NCBI GenBank assembly: GCA_041640655.1
Contig: JBEPZV010000010.1
Location: 1 to 64,000 of the forward strand
DNA from: a bacterium
GTDB lineage: Bacteria > Acidobacteriota > Blastocatellia > HR10
DNA: 64,000 nucleotides
Direction: 5' to 3'
In this document: positions 59,808 through 64,000 of the stretch, in pieces
Layout of the letters: every line of letters begins with the position of its first letter
Position numbering within the stretch: the stretch's first letter is position 1
The notes under the pieces: model-generated
What the model was told of the DNA's origin: nothing
Databases searched by the model: none
What the model saw: the letters and a program-made list of their open reading frames with translations, nothing else
Translations under genes and position numbers: made by a program

Positions 59808-61346
59808 ATGAGGAGCGACGTGAATCAGGACGTTCAGAAGCTGGCGACGCTGCTCAACATCAGCCAGACACTGGGGACGACGCTCAACCTGCGGCAGGCG
59901 CTGCTGCGGGTGCTGGAGATCTTGGAGGAGAATCACGGCGTGGTCTCCGGTGTGATCGCCCTTTTGGAGGAGAGCGGCGAGGAGGTGGTCATCGAGGTCT
60001 CGGTGGGGCTGACGCGCGAGGCGCAGCAGCGCGGTCGCTACCGGGTGGGTGAGGGGATCATCGGGCGCGTCGTCGAAAGCGGCAAGCCCATCGTCGTCCC
60101 CAAAGCGAGTCAAGAGCCCCTCTTCTTGAATCGCACGGGCGTGCTCCGGGCCTCTCGCGAGGAGCTGACCTTCATCTGCGTGCCCGTCTCCGTGGATCAG
60201 CAGACGATCGGCGCCATGGGGGTGGTGCTCCCCTATCGCCCGGATCGCGACTACGATCAAGCCACGAAGTTCTTCAGCATCGTCGGCTCGATGGTGGCGC
60301 AGGCGGTGAAGGTGAATCAGCTCATCGAGGCTGAGAAGCGTCGCCTGATGGACGAGAACCTCGCCCTGCGCCGAGAGCTGCGGGAGCGCTACGACTTCAG
60401 CAATATCATCGGCACGAGCCGCCCGATGCAGGAAGTCTACGCGCAAGTCGCTCAGGTCGCTCGCACGAACACAACGGTCCTCATTCGTGGGGAGTCGGGA
60501 ACGGGGAAGGAGTTGATCGCGCGCGCGATCCACTACAATTCGCTGCGGGCCGATCAGCCATTCATCAAGGTCAGTTGCGCCGCTCTGCCCGAGAGCCTCA
60601 TCGAGGCCGAGCTGTTCGGATACGAGAAGGGGGCATTCACTGGAGCCTACGCGCGGAAGAAGGGGCGGTTCGAGCTGGCCGATCGGGGGACGCTCTTCCT
60701 GGACGAGGTCGGTGATCTCCCCCTCTCGGTCCAGGTCAAGCTCTTGCGCGTGTTGCAGGAGCGGGAGTTCGAGCGGCTCGGCGGGACCGAGACGATCAAA
60801 GTGGACGTGCGATTGATCGCCGCCACCAATCGCGACCTCGAGCAAGCCATGCGCGAGGGGACATTCCGCGAGGACCTCTATTATCGCCTGAACGTGTTCA
60901 CGATCTTCCTCCCACCGCTTCGGGAGCGGAAATCGGACATCCCGCTTCTGGCCGATCACTTTCTGGAGAAGTACGCCCGCCTGCATGGCAAGGACATCCG
61001 GCGCATTTCGACGCCCGCCATTGATATGCTCATGAGCTACCATTGGCCGGGGAACGTCCGCGAATTGGAGAACTGCATTGAACGCGCCGTGCTCGTCTGC
61101 GAGGGGAGTGTGATTCACAGCCATCACCTGCCCCCCACGCTGCAAACGGCGGAGGCGTCGGGAACCGTCCCTCGCCTCTCCTTGAGCGAAGCTGTGTCCG
61201 CTTATGAGAAGGACTTGATCCTCGATGCCCTGAAGACGGCCCGAGGGAATATCTCGCGCGCCGCGCGCCTGTTGAATACCACGAAGCGCATTCTCGGCTA
61301 TAAGGTCAAGAAGTACGGGATCAATCCCCGCCGGTTCAAAGAGTAG
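59808..61346 (+). CDS. Sigma54-dependent transcriptional activator, GAF-AAA+-Fis HTH (NifA-like)
   Basis: N-terminal [38 protein letters not shown]-terminal HTH. Confidence 0.92.
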   Translation: MRSDVNQDVQKLATLLNISQTLGTTLNLRQALLRVLEILEENHGVVSGVIALLEESGEEVVIEVSVGLTREAQQRGRYRVGEGIIGRVVESGKPIVVPKASQEPLFLNRTGVLRASREELTFICVPVSVDQQTIGAMGVVLPYRPDRDYDQATKFFSIVGSMVAQAVKVNQLIEAEKRRLMDENLALRRELRERYDFSNIIGTSRPMQEVYAQVAQVARTNTTVLIRGESGTGKELIARAIHYNSLRADQPFIKVSCAALPESLIEAELFGYEKGAFTGAYARKKGRFELADRGTLFLDEVGDLPLSVQVKLLRVLQEREFERLGGTETIKVDVRLIAATNRDLEQAMREGTFREDLYYRLNVFTIFLPPLRERKSDIPLLADHFLEKYARLHGKDIRRISTPAIDMLMSYHWPGNVRELENCIERAVLVCEGSVIHSHHLPPTLQTAEASGTVPRLSLSEAVSAYEKDLILDALKTARGNISRAARLLNTTKRILGYKVKKYGINPRRFKE

Positions 61347-61419
61347 TTCGGGGCGGGTGCGTCGCGCGTCAGGGCCGATGCCCATCGTCTCGCACACGCG
61401 CTCTCCCCGTGAGCGCGCA

Positions 61420-61448
61420 TTGACAGTGGACACGAGCTCTGATATACC
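61420..61448 (+). promoter_or_regulatory. Putative sigma70 promoter (TTGACA-17-TATACC) for the S9 peptidase
   Basis: Perfect -35, TGn-extended partial -10. Confidence 0.4.
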
Positions 61449-61513
61449 CCTTGGCTCCCCGCGTATAGAGGGCATCGTCGCCCTGGGGGGAGAGCCGAGA
61501 CAGGGAGGGGGGG

Positions 61514-63592
61514 ATGATCGGATGGTATCGTCTGCGTCGCGGCGTCATCGGGATTATCCTTTCGGCCATCCTTGTGAGCGGTCTTCCGGCGGTCGCGCGG
61601 GATCAGGAGGATCGGCTCACGCCGATGGATCTCTTCGAGGTGGAGTACGCCAGCGATCCGCAGATCTCGCCAGATGGACGATACATCGTCTACGTGCGGC
61701 GGGCCAGCGACGTCATGACGGATCAGCGGTATTCCAACCTCTGGATCGTCTCCTTCGATGGGAGGGAGCATCGGCCGTTGACGACCGGCATTCATCGAGA
61801 TACATCGCCGCGATGGTCACCCGATGGCACGCGGATCGCCTACATCTCGGACCGAGAGGGCTCGCCGCAGATCTACGTGCGGTGGATGGATACGGGACAG
61901 GTGGCGCGGATCACCAACGTGCCGTTCCCCCCGGAGGGGATCGCGTGGTCTCCCGATGGGCGATACCTCTCGTTCGCGATGTTCGTGCCGGAGCCCCCTC
62001 GACAGATCGGGGGTCTCCCATCGCCGCCTTCCGGAGCCAAGTGGGCGGATCCCGCGATGGTGATTGACCGCCTCGTTTATCGGTTCAACGGCGCGGGGTA
62101 TTTGAAACCGGGATACACGCATCTGTTCATCGTCCCGGCGGAAGGGGGGACGCCCCGGCAAATCTCCAGCGGGAGATTTCATCACGGTGGCGTTGGCTTC
62201 CGCGCCAGCGAGGCCGTGTGGACCCCTGACGGGAGGGCGTTGCTCATCTCGGCCAATCGTCGGCCGGATTTCGAGCGGGAGCCGCTCGATACGGAGATCT
62301 ACGAGTTCTCCGTCGCTGATGGTTCGGTTCGGGCTTTGACCAACCGCAAGGGGCCGGACAACGCTCCGGCGATCTCACCCGATGGGCGGTTCATCGCGTA
62401 CGTCGGCTTCGATGACGCCTATCAAGGGTATCAGGTGACGCGCCTCTACGTGATGAATCGGGATGGGAGTGGTTCGCGCGTGCTCTCGACCGCGCTCGAT
62501 CGCGATGTCATGCGACCGTGTTGGACTCCGGATAGTCGTGGCCTTCTCTTCCTCTACGATGATCAGGGTACGACGAAACTCGGCCTCTATACATTGGACG
62601 GCACTTTTCGGACACTCGCGGCCCATATCGGGAGCGGAGAGCTCGCCTACAGCATGGGAGGGGCCTTCAGCGTGGCGAAGAACGGCGCTTTCGCCGTGAC
62701 CTACACGCGCCCGGATGTGCCGGGTGATATCGCCGTGGGAACGCTCGCGGATCCGACGCTTCGGGTGATCACCGCCTTGAACGCGGACCTCTTCGCGCGG
62801 AAGAAGCTGGGGCGCGTCGAGGAGATCTGGTATACGTCGTCGCTCGATGGGCGAAAGATCCAGGGATGGATCATCACGCCACCGGACTTCGACTCGTCGA
62901 AGAAGTATCCTCTCATCCTGGAGATTCACGGCGGACCGTTCGCCAACTACGGCGACCGATTCGATGTGGAGAAGCAGCTGTGGGCCGCGCGCGGATACGT
63001 CGTCCTCTATACGAACCCGCGCGGGAGCACGAGCTATGGAGAGGAGTTCGGCAACCTGATTCATCACGCCTATCCCGGCGATGATTTCTACGATCTCATG
63101 TCCGGCGTGGATGCCGTCATCGCGCGCGGGTATGTGGATCCGGAGAACCTCTTCGTCACCGGTGGCAGCGGTGGCGGCGTCTTGACCTGTTGGGTGATTG
63201 GGCGAACGAATCGGTTCCGGGCCGCAGCGGCCGCCTATCCCGTGATCAATTGGTACAGTTTCGTGTTGACGGCCGACATCGCCGCCTTCGCCATCAAATA
63301 TTGGTTCCCCGGGTTCCCGTGGGATCACGTCCAGCATTACGAGAGGCGATCGCTCTTGTCGGTCGTCAAGAACGTGCGCACGCCGACGCTCATCATCACG
63401 GGCGAGGAGGATTATCGCACGCCCATGTCCGAATCCGAACAGTATTTCACGGCGCTGCAGCTGCTGGGCGTCGAGACGGTGCTCGTGCGCGTTCCCGGAG
63501 AACCACATGGGATCATGCGGCGGCCGAGCCATCACATGGCCAAGATCTTGTATATCGTCAATTGGTTTGACGAACACCGGAAGCGCCCGTGA
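61514..63592 (+). CDS. S9 family (prolyl oligopeptidase/acylaminoacyl peptidase-like) secreted peptidase
   Basis: Signal peptide; WSPDG propeller repeats; IHGGP, NPRGS, TGGSGGG nucleophile, D.R and H triad residues. Confidence 0.92.
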   Translation: MIGWYRLRRGVIGIILSAILVSGLPAVARDQEDRLTPMDLFEVEYASDPQISPDGRYIVYVRRASDVMTDQRYSNLWIVSFDGREHRPLTTGIHRDTSPRWSPDGTRIAYISDREGSPQIYVRWMDTGQVARITNVPFPPEGIAWSPDGRYLSFAMFVPEPPRQIGGLPSPPSGAKWADPAMVIDRLVYRFNGAGYLKPGYTHLFIVPAEGGTPRQISSGRFHHGGVGFRASEAVWTPDGRALLISANRRPDFEREPLDTEIYEFSVADGSVRALTNRKGPDNAPAISPDGRFIAYVGFDDAYQGYQVTRLYVMNRDGSGSRVLSTALDRDVMRPCWTPDSRGLLFLYDDQGTTKLGLYTLDGTFRTLAAHIGSGELAYSMGGAFSVAKNGAFAVTYTRPDVPGDIAVGTLADPTLRVITALNADLFARKKLGRVEEIWYTSSLDGRKIQGWIITPPDFDSSKKYPLILEIHGGPFANYGDRFDVEKQLWAARGYVVLYTNPRGSTSYGEEFGNLIHHAYPGDDFYDLMSGVDAVIARGYVDPENLFVTGGSGGGVLTCWVIGRTNRFRAAAAAYPVINWYSFVLTADIAAFAIKYWFPGFPWDHVQHYERRSLLSVVKNVRTPTLIITGEEDYRTPMSESEQYFTALQLLGVETVLVRVPGEPHGIMRRPSHHMAKILYIVNWFDEHRKRP

Positions 63593-63661
63593 GCGTGTGC
63601 GTCGGATCGGCCCTGAGGCGGCGAGGTGCGCTCGTCGAATCAGGATCGGGAGGGGAGTGAG

Positions 63662-64000
63662 ATGAGAGCTGTTCGGTTGATCCTCGTCACCTTCCTTCTG
63701 CTCACCCGTGTGGGGCCATTGGGGTATGGTCTCGCCCGGCCGAAGCTGCCTGAGGGGGACCTTCAGGACCTGGAGGCTTACATCGCTCGCGCGATGCGCG
63801 AGTGGGAGGTTCCGGGGCTGGCGTTAGCCATCGTCAAGAATGATGCCCTGGTGCTCGCCAAAGGATATGGCGTCAAGCGGCTCGGGGAGTCGGCTCCGGT
63901 GACCGAACGCACGGTCTTCGCCATCGGCTCGGCCTCGAAAGCGTTCACGACGGCGGCGCTAGCCATGCTGGTGGAGGAGGGGAAGATCCGCTGGGATGAT
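63662..64000 (+). CDS. Serine hydrolase, beta-lactamase (class C-like) family, 3' truncated at the window edge
   Basis: Own translation MRAVRLIL...WEVPGLALAIVK...KGYG...FAIGSASKAFT...EGKIRWD contains an SxxK motif; absent from the ORF track because it has no stop in the window. Confidence 0.85.
   Translation, partial: MRAVRLILVTFLLLTRVGPLGYGLARPKLPEGDLQDLEAYIARAMREWEVPGLALAIVKNDALVLAKGYGVKRLGESAPVTERTVFAIGSASKAFTTAALAMLVEEGKIRWDD

Noticed and set aside
61443..61467. TATAC...GTATA inverted repeat as a CsoR-type copper operator
   Set aside because: Atypical spacing, and it lies before a peptidase rather than the copper genes.
1..64000. CRISPR arrays, tRNA/rRNA, IS elements, integrases, prophage or defence systems
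   Set aside because: No regularly spaced repeats, cloverleaf signatures, or transposase, integrase or phage motifs were seen on manual reading; short or diverged elements could have been missed.

Overview
GC-rich bacterial chromosomal window, probably Acidobacteriota (inferred from the Oar-like TonB-dependent transporters with CarboxypepD_reg-type N-termini and no SusD partner). No rRNA, tRNA, CRISPR array, transposase or prophage was seen. In order: (1) an L-arabinose/arabinan utilisation locus (araB, araD, two TonB-dependent transporters, GH51, GH127, a secreted aldose epimerase); (2) ETF-quinone oxidoreductase, thiD and a multi-HTH protein; (3) an arginine cluster, argH converging on argR-argG-[P-loop/DUF1611-like ORF]-argC-argF'-argB; (4) a B12 radical SAM enzyme, two MlaF-like ATPases, two hypotheticals and an M14 peptidase; (5) rpiB, sulfurtransferase, GH3 and a dehydrogenase; (6) ilvBNC, an O-methyltransferase, a ROK kinase, a degenerate hydantoinase-like protein and PduO; (7) a copper/silver efflux cluster (Cys-rich leader ORF, CusCBA-like genes, a degenerate antiporter, two periplasmic His/Cys proteins, CopA); (8) HU, a ClpP paralogue lacking its catalytic Ser and His, a NifA-like activator, an S9 peptidase and a truncated serine hydrolase. 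Best leads: the Cys-rich leader ORF, whose stop-codon region can base-pair over the SD and ATG of the efflux operon (a candidate metal-responsive translational switch); an arg operon with no argA/argJ that carries an uncharacterised DUF1611-like gene and a transcarbamylase with a succinyl-type specificity residue; a motif shared upstream of both TonB transporter genes; and several pseudo-enzymes. All functional calls come from motif recognition by eye; no database search was run.
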